From: Camelus dromedarius
Lineage: Eukaryota
NCBI RefSeq assembly: GCF_036321535.1
Contig: NC_087436.1
Span: 37,326,001-37,390,000, forward strand
Length of the DNA: 64,000 nucleotides
Direction of reading: 5' to 3'
The translations under genes were made by a program, and so were the position numbers. The notes below the pieces were generated by a model, which was given only the letters and a program-made list of their open reading frames with translations, made no database searches and was not told the origin of the DNA. Below, one piece after another: positions 52,442 to 64,000 of the stretch (position 1 is the first letter of the stretch; the number at the start of each line of letters is the position of its first letter).

Positions 52442-55400
52442 ATGACAATAAGAACATACATATCAGTAATTACCTTAAATGTAAATGGAATAAATGCTCC
52501 AACCAAAAGACACAGAGTAGATGAATGGATACAGAGATAAGACCCATATATATGCTGCCTAAAAGAAACCCCATCTCAGATCTAGAGACACAGACTGAAA
52601 ATGTGGGCATGGAAAAAGGTAATGGAAGTTAAAAGAAAGCCGGAATGGTAATACTTAGAAAAAATAGACTTTAAAATAAAGACTGTTACAAGAAACAAAG
52701 AAGGACACTACATAATGATCAAGGAATCAATCCAAGAAGATATAACACTTGTAACATATATGCATTAAATATAGGAGCAACTGTGTGTATGTATATGTAT
52801 GTATATATATACATATATATATATGCTTTTTATATATATTATATATATAAAGCAAATACTAATGAACATAAAAGGGGAAACCAACAGAAACACAATAGGA
52901 AACTTTAACACCCCACTTACATAAATGGACAGATTACCCAGACAGAAAATCAGTAAGGAAACACAGGCTTTAATTAACACATTTGAACTTAATAGATATA
53001 TATAGACCCTTCCAACCAAAAGCAGATGGATACATGTTCTTTCAAGTGCACATGGAACATTCTCCAGGGTAAATCACATGCTGGCCACAAAGCAAGCCTC
53101 TGTAAATTTAAGACAATTGAAATCATATCAACTACCTTCTCCCAATCACACTACTATGAGGCTAGAAATCAACTACAAGAAAAAAATGGCAAAAAGCATG
53201 AAAATGTGAAGACTATAAACAATATGCTCCTAAACAAACAATGGATCACTAAAGAAATCAAAGAAGAAATAAAAAAATACTTAAGAATGAATGAAAATGA
53301 AAACATGACAATCCAAAACCTATAGGTCACAACAAAGGCAGTTCTAAGAGGGGTGTTTATAATGATACAAGCTTACCTCAAGAAACAAGAAAAATCTCAA
53401 ACAACCTAAACTTACACCTAAAACAAACAGAGACAAAGAACAAACAAAACCCAAAATTAGCAGAAGGAAAGAAATCATAAAGATCAGAGCAGAAATAAAT
53501 GAAACAGAGACTTTAAAAACAATACAAAAGATCAATGAAACTATAAACTAGTTCTTTGAAAAGATAAACAAAATTGATAAACCTTTAGCCAGACTCATCA
53601 AGAAAAAAGGGAGAAGGCCCAAATCAATAAAATCAGAAATGAAAGAGAAGTTACATCTGATATCACAGAAATACAAAGGATCATAAGAGACTACTACAAA
53701 CAACTATATGCCAATAAAATGGACAACCTAGAAGAAATGGATAAATTCTTACAAAGGTACAACCTCCCAAGACTGAACCAGGAAGAAATAAGTAATATGA
53801 ACAGGCCAATTATCAGTACTGAAATTGAATAAAATTCCCAACAAATAAAAAGTCCAGGACCAGATGGCTTCACAGGTGAGTTCTACCAAACATTAGATAA
53901 CAGTTAACATCTATCCTTCTGAAACTATTCAAAATAATTGCAGAGGAAGGAACACTTCTGAACTCATTCAATGAGGCCACCATCCAGAAAAGATATCACA
54001 AAAACGGAAAATTACAGACCAATATCACTGATGAACATAAGTGTAAAAATCCTCAGCAAAATACTAGCAAACTGATTCCAACAATACATTAAAAGGATCA
54101 TGCACCATGATCAAGCAATGCAAGGAATTTTCAATATCTGCAAATCAATATGATATACCATATTAACATATTGAAGAATAAAAACCATATGGTCATCTCA
54201 ATAGGTGAAAAAAAAGCTTCTGATGAAATTCAACATCTATTTGATAAAGATATGATAAAGAACACTCTCCAGAAAGTGAGCATAGGAACATACCTCAACA
54301 TAATAAAGGCCATATATATTAAGCCCACAGCTAACATTATACTCAATGATGAAAAACTGAAAGCATTTCCTCTAAAATCAGGAATAAGGATGCCTACTCA
54401 CACAATTTTATTCAACATAGTTTTGCAAGTCCTAGCCACAGCAATCAGACAAGAAAAAGAAATAAAAAGAATCCAAATCAGAAAGGAAGAAATACAAGTG
54501 TAACTGTAGTTGATACTACATACATAGAAAATTCTAAAGACACCACCAAAGAACTACTAGAGCTCACCAATCAATTTGGTAAAATTGCAGGATACAAAAT
54601 TAATAACCAGAAATCTGTTGCATTTCTATACACTAACAACAAACTATCAGAAAGAGAAATTAAGGAAACAATCCCATTTATAATCACATCAAAAAGAATA
54701 AAATACCTAGGAATAAACCTACATAAGGCTATAAAAGACTTGTATTCTTAAAACTATAAGACAATGATGAAATAAATTGAAGACAACACAAACAGATGGA
54801 AAGATATACCATGTTCATGGACTGGAAGAATATTGTTAAAATGATTATACTACCCAAGGCAATCTACAGATTCAATATAATCCCTCTCAAAATACCAAGG
54901 GCATTTTTCAGAGAACCAGAACCAATAATTTTAGAATTTGCATGGAAACACAAAAGACCCTGAATAGCCAAAATCATCTTGAGAAAAAAGAACAGAGCTG
55001 GAGGAATCATGTCCCCTGACTTCAGAATATACTAAAAAGCTACAGTAGTCAAAATACTTCTATACACTAACAACAAACTATCAGAAAGAGAAATTAAGGA
55101 AATAGGCACTGTGTAAGGTAAATTAAGGTACTGGCAGAAAAACAGACACACAGATCAATGGAACAGGATAGAAAGACTACAAATAAACCCATGTACTTAT
55201 GGTCCATTAATGTACAACAAAGTAGGCAAGAATATTCAAAGGAGAAAAGATAGTCTCTTCAATAAGTGGTGCTAGGAAAACTGGACAGCTATTTGTAAAA
55301 GAATGAAATTAGAACATTCTGTAACATCATATGCAAAAATAAACTCAAAATAAATTCAAGGCCTAAATGTAAGAGCTGACACTATAAACCTCCTAGAGAA

Positions 55401-56268
55401 ACCATGCAGAACACTCTTTGACATTTATCACAGCAATATTTTTTTGGCTCTGTCTCCTAAAACAAAGAATTCAAAAGCAAAAATAAACAAATGGGATCTA
55501 ATTAAACTTAAAAGCTTTTGCACAGCAAAGAAAACCATCAACAAAATGAAAACACAACCTACTGAATGGGAGAAGATATTTGCAAATGATACAATGAATA
55601 AGGGGTTAATATTCTGTACATATAAAGAGCTCCTATGACTCAACATCAAAAAAAAAACCTGATTAAAAAATGGGCAGAAGATCTGAATAGACAGTTTTCC
55701 AAAGAAGAATGCAGATAGCCAACAAGCACATGAAAAGATGCTCAATATCGCTAATCATAAGGGAAATGCAAATCAAAACCACAACACAATATCACCACAT
55801 ACTTGTCAGAAGGGCTATCATCAAAAAGAACACAAATAACAAATGTTGGCAATGTTGTGGAGCCCTCCTACACTTCTGGTGGGAATGTAATTTGGTGCAG
55901 CCACTGTGGAAAACAGTATGAAACTTTCTCAAAAACCTAAAAATAGAACTACCATATGACCCAACAATTTCACTCCTGAGTATATATCTGAAAAAAATGA
56001 AAACACTAATTTGAAAAGATACTTGCATCCAATGTTCATAGCATATTTACAGTTGCCAAGGTATGAAAGCAATCTAAGTGTTCATCAACAGATGAATGGA
56101 TAAAGAAGATGTGGTATATAAATATAATGGAATACTACTCAGCCATACAAATAAATGGAATTTTGTCATTTGCAGCAACATGGATGGACTTGGAGGGCAA
56201 TATGCTAAGTGAAATTATGCTCAGAGAAAGACAAACACTGTATGATATCAATTATATGTGAAATCTGA
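52442..56268 (+). pseudogene. L1 ORF2p pseudogene; RT catalytic F/YADD motif deleted or corrupted near 54500
   Basis: MTIRTYISVITLNVNG start; SPGPDGF; 'aagtgtaactgtagttgatactacatacatagaaa' lacks a clean ADD motif. Confidence 0.9.
52782..52850. repeat. (TA/TATG)n microsatellite inside the L1 EN domain
   Basis: tgtgtgtatgtatatgtatgtatatatatacatatatat... Confidence 0.9.
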
Positions 56269-58011
56269 AAAATAAAACTAGTGAATAAGACACAAAAGAA
56301 GCAGACTCAGAACAAACTAGTGGTTACCAGTGGAAACAGTTAAGGCAGGGGAGGGGGGTGATATAGGGGAAGGAAATTTAAAAAAAGTTATTATGTAATT
56401 ATATGAAATCATGTGTGTGAAACTTTTGAAAGTTGTAAAGCACTATAGAATTTAAAGAATCTTTCAATAAAAAAAGACAAAAATAATTCAAAGTGTACAA
56501 AATGAAACATCTCAATGAAAAGGAGTGAAAAAAAATTTTAATTGTAATTCTTTTTAGTTTTTCAAGTTATTTATATTCTAAAATATTCAAAATTATTTAT
56601 AAGATAAAATGCAAATATTAATATCAGTATCTTAAAATTATAAAATAAAGCTGTTATTTGATTACATTTTAATATTTTTAATTTTTATAAAAAATTATTC
56701 CACTCTAGCATTCTGTAACTATATATAAAAGCCTGATAATATTCTTGTTTTATACCATATTAAGTGTAGATGTGCATAGATGCAAACTGGAATAAAATAA
56801 TTTAATGCTGCATGGTCTTCAGTCCATATGTACACATATTGTGAATACTATGCTAATTTAGTGGGTGCCTCCAAAACCATGAATTGGCTTACAAAAAAGA
56901 AGGAAGACGATATCCACTTGACAGTACTTCATACTTCATTATGGGAGAATTTATTGTTTTCATTTGCTCAGAAAGGAAGATTTTGGTGAAGTAATTGCTG
57001 TCTAGTCTCTTCTACCTAAGAACTTTTGAGCTGTTCAAAACCTTTTTGCCATCAGAAGCAATGTCAGTCTCTCACAGCACATGCAGCACAATTCGTAAGC
57101 CTTCTCAGTCTTTGGTCATAGTTGCCTTTTGGTTGAAGGCGTGATGCAAGAGAAATGAAACAGTATTTTCCCGGAGCCTGACCAAGGGAAAGTCATGAAA
57201 GTCAATGTTTAGGTTGCATTGTGCTGACCCTATTGTGATTCCTGAGTGGCAGAGGGCCCACGTGTCCTTGAGGAAATTTGTGTCTGTGTCTATCGATACC
57301 TGCAGCCATTTAAGTCACAGGACCAAGGGTAGTGGCCCCTCTTGTCTGAGTCTAAGGGTAGGTCAGACTGGCTTACAAGAAAAATTTGCTCTGTAGATTC
57401 TCTCATAACCCCTCCACTTCTCTTCTCAGAGCTTTTTTTTTTTTTCTGTTTTAATACTTCAATTGTTGATTCCTATCTGTATGCCTCCCACCAATCAAAA
57501 TTTCCTAAAGTCTGTCTGCTGGTTTATTGCTATGTCCCTGGTGATGAGTATATTCCCTGACATACAGGAGGGGCTCAATATACATCCTTAAATGTGTGAA
57601 TAAAAAAACCCTCAAGATTCCACTTTATTCAACATCTTAGTGTCCTTTAAAATGAAAACCATAAGGAAGCGGTAGTTTGGGAGTTACTAATTTTAGTAAA
57701 AAACTTAGATGTTGCTACTGACCAAACCTCATGTGTTTTAGAAGATAAACGTTGTGTATTTATTAGAATGGCAAACCACTTCTGGGAGTTAGCCTGAGTC
57801 TATGGGAAGAGAGGAAATGTGAATGATTGTGAAATGTAAACAGTTACTGAAGTTGGCTGAAAATATTTCAAACATCCGAGTTATCTTTCAGATTAAAACT
57901 TTTATTCACAATAAAATGAAGTTTTGCATGATAAAGTGCAAAGCCTCAATCAAAGCATTTTAAGTGGTCCTTGATGCAGGTGTAAAATCAGAAACCCAAG
58001 GCAAAAAAAAA

Positions 58012-58232
58012 AAAATAGCTAACACTTACTGAGTGCTTATATGTTCTGTGTACTGTTTTATCCACTTTACGTATATAAATTTAATGAGGAAAGTATTATC
58101 TTCCTCTTTGTTTTATTCATAAGGAAACTGAACAATAGAGATGTTACATAATTTCTCTAAGGTTGTTTGTTAAGTGGTGGATGGAGAAACAATATAGGCA
58201 GTCTGACTCAGGAGGGTTTGCACTTAATGACT
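58012..58232 (-). mobile_element. MIR SINE
   Basis: 'aatagctaacacttactgagtgcttatatgttc...aaggaaactgaacaatagagatgttacataattt'. Confidence 0.8.
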
Positions 58233-58639
58233 AAAAATACTAAAATCCTAGCAGCAGAAAAGCTACACAACAAATATGATATGTAAAATAAGAAAAAAGT
58301 CAATCAGTCCATTCTATATGCTGTACCATCTTTATATTGACCTAGAATTGACCATATCTAGTCTATTGTAACTGCAGTAACAATACGATGTAAAAATAAA
58401 TATGCAGTTAAGTTTATGAAAAGTGAGATCTTTAATATTAATATTTAAATTGATATATTATGTTTACTTACAAATGAGTTTAAAACTTCTTTTCCATAGA
58501 CATACATGATAAAAGATGGAATTTGTTTTTGTTATCATAAATAACTTGTTTTTTGATGCACAATATGAAAATCTATAAAGAAGGAAATTTTACCTATACT
58601 GACAATATTCCATTTGCCTTTAGATTTTTTTCCTTTTGA

Positions 58640-59905
58640 AAACATTTAAATTGAGTTATACCATACATACAATAAAATAAATCTTTAGGATGCAACCTAG
58701 AGAATTTTTACAAATGAAGATACTAACTACTCAGACCAAGATGGAGAACATTAACTCAGAAAGCTTCCTTTTGACTCTACCAGTAAGTAACCCTCAAAGT
58801 AAATACTAATTCCAATGAGCTGAATTTTGCTTGGCTTGCTTTTGAACTTCATATACACAGAATTGTACAACATATAATTTTTGGTGTCCAGTTTATGTTT
58901 GCTTAACATGATACCTGTGAGATTAACTTGTGTTATTGTGTGCAGCTTGTTCTTTCTCATTGCTGTGTCACACTCCAGTGTATGCATATGCCACAGCATC
59001 TTCAGCCATTCTACTATTCATGGGTATTTGGGTCATTTCTAATTTAGGACTATTAAGATTAAAGTGCTATGAACATTTCTGTTCATATCTTTTGCTGAAG
59101 ACATACAATTATTTCTTTTAGCTATATACGGAGAAAAGAAACTGCTGGACCCCAGTGTATATTTTCAGCCTCAGAAGATAATACCAGTTGTCCAAAATAG
59201 TAGCACTCCCTCCAGCAGTGTAAGACATCCAAATACTATATACCCTTACCAAAACTTCAGGCTGTCAGTCCTTTTATTTCTGATTTGTTTTAATTGTGGT
59301 GGGTTTAGAGTGTTATCTCATAGTGGTTTTAATACATTTTTCTGATACCTAATGATTTTGACCACTTTTCATTTGCTTATTAGTCATTTTAACATACTAT
59401 TTTGTAAAGTCTTTTGCCCATTTTTAAAAAAATGGTTGTTTACTTTTACTCACTGATTTGTAGAAATTACTTATACATTCTCTGCCATTCTGTAATTTTT
59501 CTTTTCATTCTGTGAATAGTGTCTTTGAATGAACAGAATTTCTTAATTTCAATAAAATCCAATCCTTTCTTATTATTGGTGCTCTCTGTGTCTTGTTAAT
59601 GTATCTTTGCATACCAAGACTCATGAAGACATCCTTTTATGCTTTCTTCTAGAGGCTTTGTTTTACACTTCATATTTATAAAATCCATCTAAAATTTATT
59701 TTTGTGAATAGTATGAGGTGAGGGTAAGGTTCAATATCCAATTGATGAAGCATTACTTATTTTAAAAAAAAATCTATCCCCATTGCATTACAATAGCATT
59801 TATATCATAAGTCAGTTGGTCTTATAAGCGTAGATATAATCCTAGACTCTTCTGTTCCTTGTTCAATTTATCTACATTTGCTTCAAAAATCACAGTATTT
59901 TGAGA
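58640..59905 (-). mobile_element. Ancient L1 (L1MC/MD-like) 3' portion
   Basis: 'ttgagttataccatacatacaataaa...cttttgaacttcatatac...gggtatttgggtcatttctaatttaggactatt'. Confidence 0.8.
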
Positions 59906-62467
59906 TTAATGTCACCAAGATTGTCACATAGGTTGTTCCCTGTTTTGCACCCCCTCACAAGAAGAACAATTAACAAATATTCATGGACAAGACACCACTG
60001 AGAAAATCCTAGAATGTGAGGGTGAGAATGAAGCACTCTTCTGTACCACTGAGACCAAGACATATTGCATTAGAAAGGTCAGAGGAATGGCTACATGCTA
60101 AACACATTGCCCCTTCCCCAGGCTGCTCCAACACCATGCTGAGAAGTCTCTATGGGCCTATGGTTCCTCCAGTGGGAAAATGGAGTCCAGGGTGGACATT
60201 CAGCTTCCCCAGCATTGTGGGTTCCTTTTTGGGAGTTGTTATTCCAGTCTTGCTTCACAGAGATCAATGGGGAATCTGTGGGGCTTGACCAATGGGAAGC
60301 TGATTGTGACAGAGACAGGGAGAGAGTCTTGCAGCAACCAGCACTGAATCTTGGCAGACTAAATTTCTACCTGCAGCACCCAAGAAGTAGTCCCAACCAG
60401 AGCCAAAACAGTGGTGCAGTCTGACCAGGGAACTCAGTGGGGGCATAGGTCTGCCTGATTCAGGGCCTCAAACAAAAAGCCTTCCTGGCCCTGGAGCAAC
60501 TTCTCTTTCCCAGGTAGGGTCATAGCCTGTTCCTATAGCACCTGGCCCTACCTGCTCAGGACACCTAAAAGCTGCATATCCAAGCAACACTTGAGCAGAC
60601 AGTACAGCAGGGAAAGCTGACTGTCCACAGAGCAAAGCCAGTGGCTCCATTCAGTAAGAGAACTTGGGATTCAGATTATCTGAGTCAAAACCACAAAAAG
60701 CCTTGACAGACTTGGAGTTGACTCCCTCTTTCTTCCCAGGTAGGGGAGCTAATAAATAGCCCTATCCACTTCTGAGTATAACTTCTGGCCCTGTGCAAAC
60801 AGAAAACCTGGCCAGAACATCTGGAAGGTATGTAACTCAGCAATGCTCAAGCAGCATTCCTGGCAGGCAGACTGATCATCCACAGACCAAAGCCAGTGGC
60901 CCTATTCAGCCAGGGAACTTGGGGCTCAGATTGCCTGAGTCAAAACCGCAAACAAAGAGTGCTCAATACAATACTAGTAGGGGCTTTATTTCACTACTTT
61001 TATCAGTGAGCAGATCAGACAGAAAACTAATAAGAAAACAGTGGCTTTAAATAACACATCATATCATAAGAATTTAACAGATACATACAGACATCACATT
61101 AAGAAGCAACAGAATATTCTTCTCAAGTGCACATGGAATATTCTCCAGGTAGATCATATTTAAGCCACAAAACAAGTCTTAAGAAATTTAAGAAAACTGA
61201 AATCACGTCAAGCATCTTTTCAGATCAAAATGGCAGGAAACTAGAAATCAGTTATAAGAGAAAAAGGGAAAATTCTCAAGTATTTGGAGATTAAACAACA
61301 TGCTACTGAACAATAAGTGGGCCAAAGAAGAAGTCAAAAGAGAAATAAAACATACCTTGAAACAAATGAAAATGAAAATACAACATACCAAAATGAACAG
61401 ATTGCAGCAAAAGTAGTTTTAAGAGGAGAGTTCATAGTGATAAAACCCGCAACAAAAAAAGAAGATCTCAAATAAGCAATCTAACTTTACACCTCAAGAA
61501 CAAGAACACAAAAACTAATGAAGCCCATAGTTAGTAGAAGGAAAGAAATAACAAAGATCAGAGTGAAAATAAATGATACAGACTAAAAAGACAATATAAA
61601 AGACAAATGAAACTAAGAGCTGTTTTTCTAAAAAGTTAAATAAAATTGACAAAACTTTAACCAGACACATCAAGAAAAGGACTCAAATAAAGTCATAAAT
61701 GAAAGAGGAGACATTACAATATTTACCACAGAACTACAAAGGTTCATAAGAGACTTATGAACAATTATACGCCTACAAATTAAACAACCTGAGAGAAATT
61801 GATAAATTCCTAGAGACATACAATATATTAACTGAAACACGAAGGCTAATTACCAGTAAGAAGACTGAATGAATCATCAAAAAACTCTCCAAAAACAGAT
61901 GTCCAGGACTAGAATGCTTTACTAGTGAATTCTACCAACATATGAAAAATTAATACCAATCCTTGTCAAAGTCCTCGAAAAAACAGAAGAGGAGGGAACA
62001 TTCCCAAACTCATTTTACAAAGCCAGCATTACCTTGATACAAAAGCCAGACAATAAAAATACAAAAAAAGAAATTATAGACCAATATCCTCTATGAAAAT
62101 AGATGTAGAAATCCTTAACAAATTTTTAGCAAACTGAATTCAACAATACATTAAAAGGATAATACATCATAATCAAGTGGGATTTAGCAAGCATGCAAGG
62201 ATAGTTCAACATCCAAAAAATCAATCAATGTAATAAACCACATAAGAAATGAAGGATAAAAATCTTATGATCATCTCAGATGAAGAAAAAGCATCTGACA
62301 AAATTTAACATCCATTTTTTTTTTCATAAAAATGCTCAATAAGTGGTTATAAAGGGAATGTACCTTAATATAATAAAGACCATATAGCTAACAGCTAATA
62401 TCATACTCAAAGGTGAAAAGTTGAAAGCTTTTCCTCTAAGATCAGGAACAAGTCAGGGATGCCTCTT

Positions 62468-62556
62468 CTTTTTTTAAAATACATTTTTATTGAAGTATAG
62501 TCAGTTTATAATGTGTCAATTTCTGGTGTACAGCACAATGCTTCAGTCATATAGGA
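62468..62556 (-). mobile_element. ~90-bp young L1 3' end nested antisense in the older L1
   Basis: 'tttttattgaagtatagtcagtttataatgtgtcaatttctggtgtacagcacaatgcttcagtcata', flanked by duplicated 'ggatgcct(ac)..tctt' at 62457-62467 / 62558-62571. Confidence 0.9.
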
Positions 62557-63388
62557 AGGATGCCTACTCTTGCCACTTTTATTCAGCATATTGGAAGTCC
62601 TAGACAGAGCAATTAGGCAAGCAAAATAAATAAAAGGCATCCAAATCTGAAAGGAAGAAGTAAAACTGTCACTTTGCAGATGACATAATATTATATATAG
62701 GAAACCCTAAAGATGCCACCAAAAAACTATTAGAATTAATAAATTCAGTATACTAACAGGATACAAAATTAATAGGCAAAAATCTGTTGTATTTCTATTC
62801 ACTTATAACAAACTCTCGGAAAGAGAAATTAAGAAAACAATGCTATTTACAATCACATCAAAAAGAATAAAATACTTAGGAGGAGAAAGTCTTGTACACT
62901 AAAAACTGTAAGACATTGTTAAAAGAAATTGAAGACAACATACTAGAAGAAAATATATTCCATGCTCACCAATGGAAAGAACTAATATTATTAACAGTAG
63001 TTGATACTACTCAAAGAAATCTACAGGTTCAATGTAATTCCTATCAAAATCCCAATGATATTTTTCACAGAAATAGAACAAAGAATCCTAAAATTTGTAA
63101 GAAGCCATAGAAGACCTTGATTGACCAAAGCAATCCTGGGAAAGAAGAACAAAGCTGGAGGTATCACACTCTCTGATTTCAAACTATGTTACAAAGCTAC
63201 AGTCATCAAAACAGCATTGTATTTGCAAAAATAAATAAATAAATAAACAATCGATGCATAGATCAATGGAACAGAATAGAGCCCAGAACTAAATCCATGC
63301 ATATATGAACAATTAATTTATGACAAAGGAGCCAAGAGCACACCATAGGGAAAGCATAGTCTCTTCAATGGTGTTGGGAAAACTGGAT

Positions 63389-63645
63389 AGGAAAGGAAAA
63401 AGGAAAGGAAAGGAAAGGAAAGGAAGAGAGATGGAGGGAGGAAGGGGGGGGGAGAGAGAGAGAGAGAAAGAAAGAGAGAAAGGAAGGGGGAAAGGAAGGG
63501 GGAAAGGAAGGAAAGATAAGAAAGAGAAAGGAAGGAAGGAAGGAAGGAAGACAAGAAGGAAAGACAGAGACAAAGAGAAAGAAAGAAAAAGAGGGGAAGG
63601 AAGAGGGAAAGGAAGGAAAGAAGGAAACACAAGAAGGAAAGGCAA

Positions 63646-63716
<71 letters not shown>
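63389..63716. repeat. Compound polypurine tract (GGAAA/GGAA/GA)n ending in a long (GA)n run
   Basis: ~330 bp almost entirely G/A on the + strand, inserted within L1 ORF2. Confidence 0.97.
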
Positions 63717-63717
<1 letters not shown>

Positions 63718-64000
63718 TAGACCACATCTAATACTACACACAAAAACCAACTCAGAATGGATAGACCATAAAACTCCCAGAAGAATAAAGTTAGTACACT
63801 CTTTGATATCAAACTTAGCAATATCTTTTTGGGATATGTCTCCTCTGGCAAGGGAAAGAAAAGAAAAAATAAAAAGGGTTACATCAAAATATAAAGCTTC
63901 TGCAGAGCAAAGGAAACCAGCAACAAAATTAAAAGACAACCTACTGAATGGAGGAAGATATTTGTAAATCATATATCTGACAAGGAGTTGATATCCAAAA

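Larger units (their letters stand above)
49548..56475 (+). mobile_element. Full-length (~6.9 kb) older cetartiodactyl-type L1, inactivated
   Basis: 5' 'gcaaagatggtggagtagaaagaccctgagctcacc'; ORF1 from 51085 (MRQKRNMFQIK); ORF2 from 52442; distinct 3' UTR 'gaaatcatgtgtgtgaaacttttgaaagttgtaaagcactatagaatttaaagaatctttcaataaa'. Confidence 0.96.
59910..64000 (+). mobile_element. Older L1 with 5' UTR joined directly to mid-endonuclease ORF2 (ORF1 missing); runs off the window end
   Basis: 5' UTR-like 59910-60960, then 'aatacaatactagtagggg' (NTILVG, EN motif); 'ctttgcagatgacataata' (FADD ~62673); continues to 'gaagatatttgtaaatcatatatctgacaagg'. Confidence 0.9.

Noticed and set aside
57148..57205. 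ISRE / NF-kB-like motifs (gaaatgaaac, gggaaagtca)
   Set aside because: Both deviate from consensus (spacing, terminal base) and have no supporting promoter context.
63313..63972. Long ORFs (219, 215, 120, 104 aa) on both strands
   Set aside because: They are stop-free only because of the GA-rich microsatellite (RE/SL repeats) embedded in L1 sequence; not genes.

Overview
This is AT-rich, CpG-depleted eutherian (mammalian) genomic DNA, made mostly of transposable-element fossils. I found no supportable host protein-coding gene, RNA gene or CRISPR array. About half the window (rough hand tally) is LINE-1: two full-length but disrupted copies (37760-44472, 49548-56475), two internally deleted copies that keep their 5' ends (16120-19850, 59910->64000), and many 5'-truncated 3' ends. 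There is also a decayed ERVL gag-pro-pol block (1-2530), MaLR/ERVL solo LTRs, L2 and MIR fragments, Tigger/hAT/Tc2-type MITEs and microsatellites. The young L1 3' UTR, an older cetartiodactyl-type L1, and the apparent absence of Alu, B1, PRE-1, Bov-A/BovB, CHR or Can-SINEs suggest a camelid-like cetartiodactyl (inference from memory, not from a search). Nearly all ORFs in the track are L1 fragments, their antisense shadows, or low-complexity artefacts. I do not see a convincing novel multi-gene system. The best leads are (i) a homologous ATG in the long L1 inter-ORF spacer that opens an in-frame ~71-72 codon extension into ORF2 in two divergent L1 lineages, (ii) several locally templated insertion scars, and (iii) a few weak exon or enhancer candidates in the unique islands. 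Repeat subfamily names and most boundaries are approximate.
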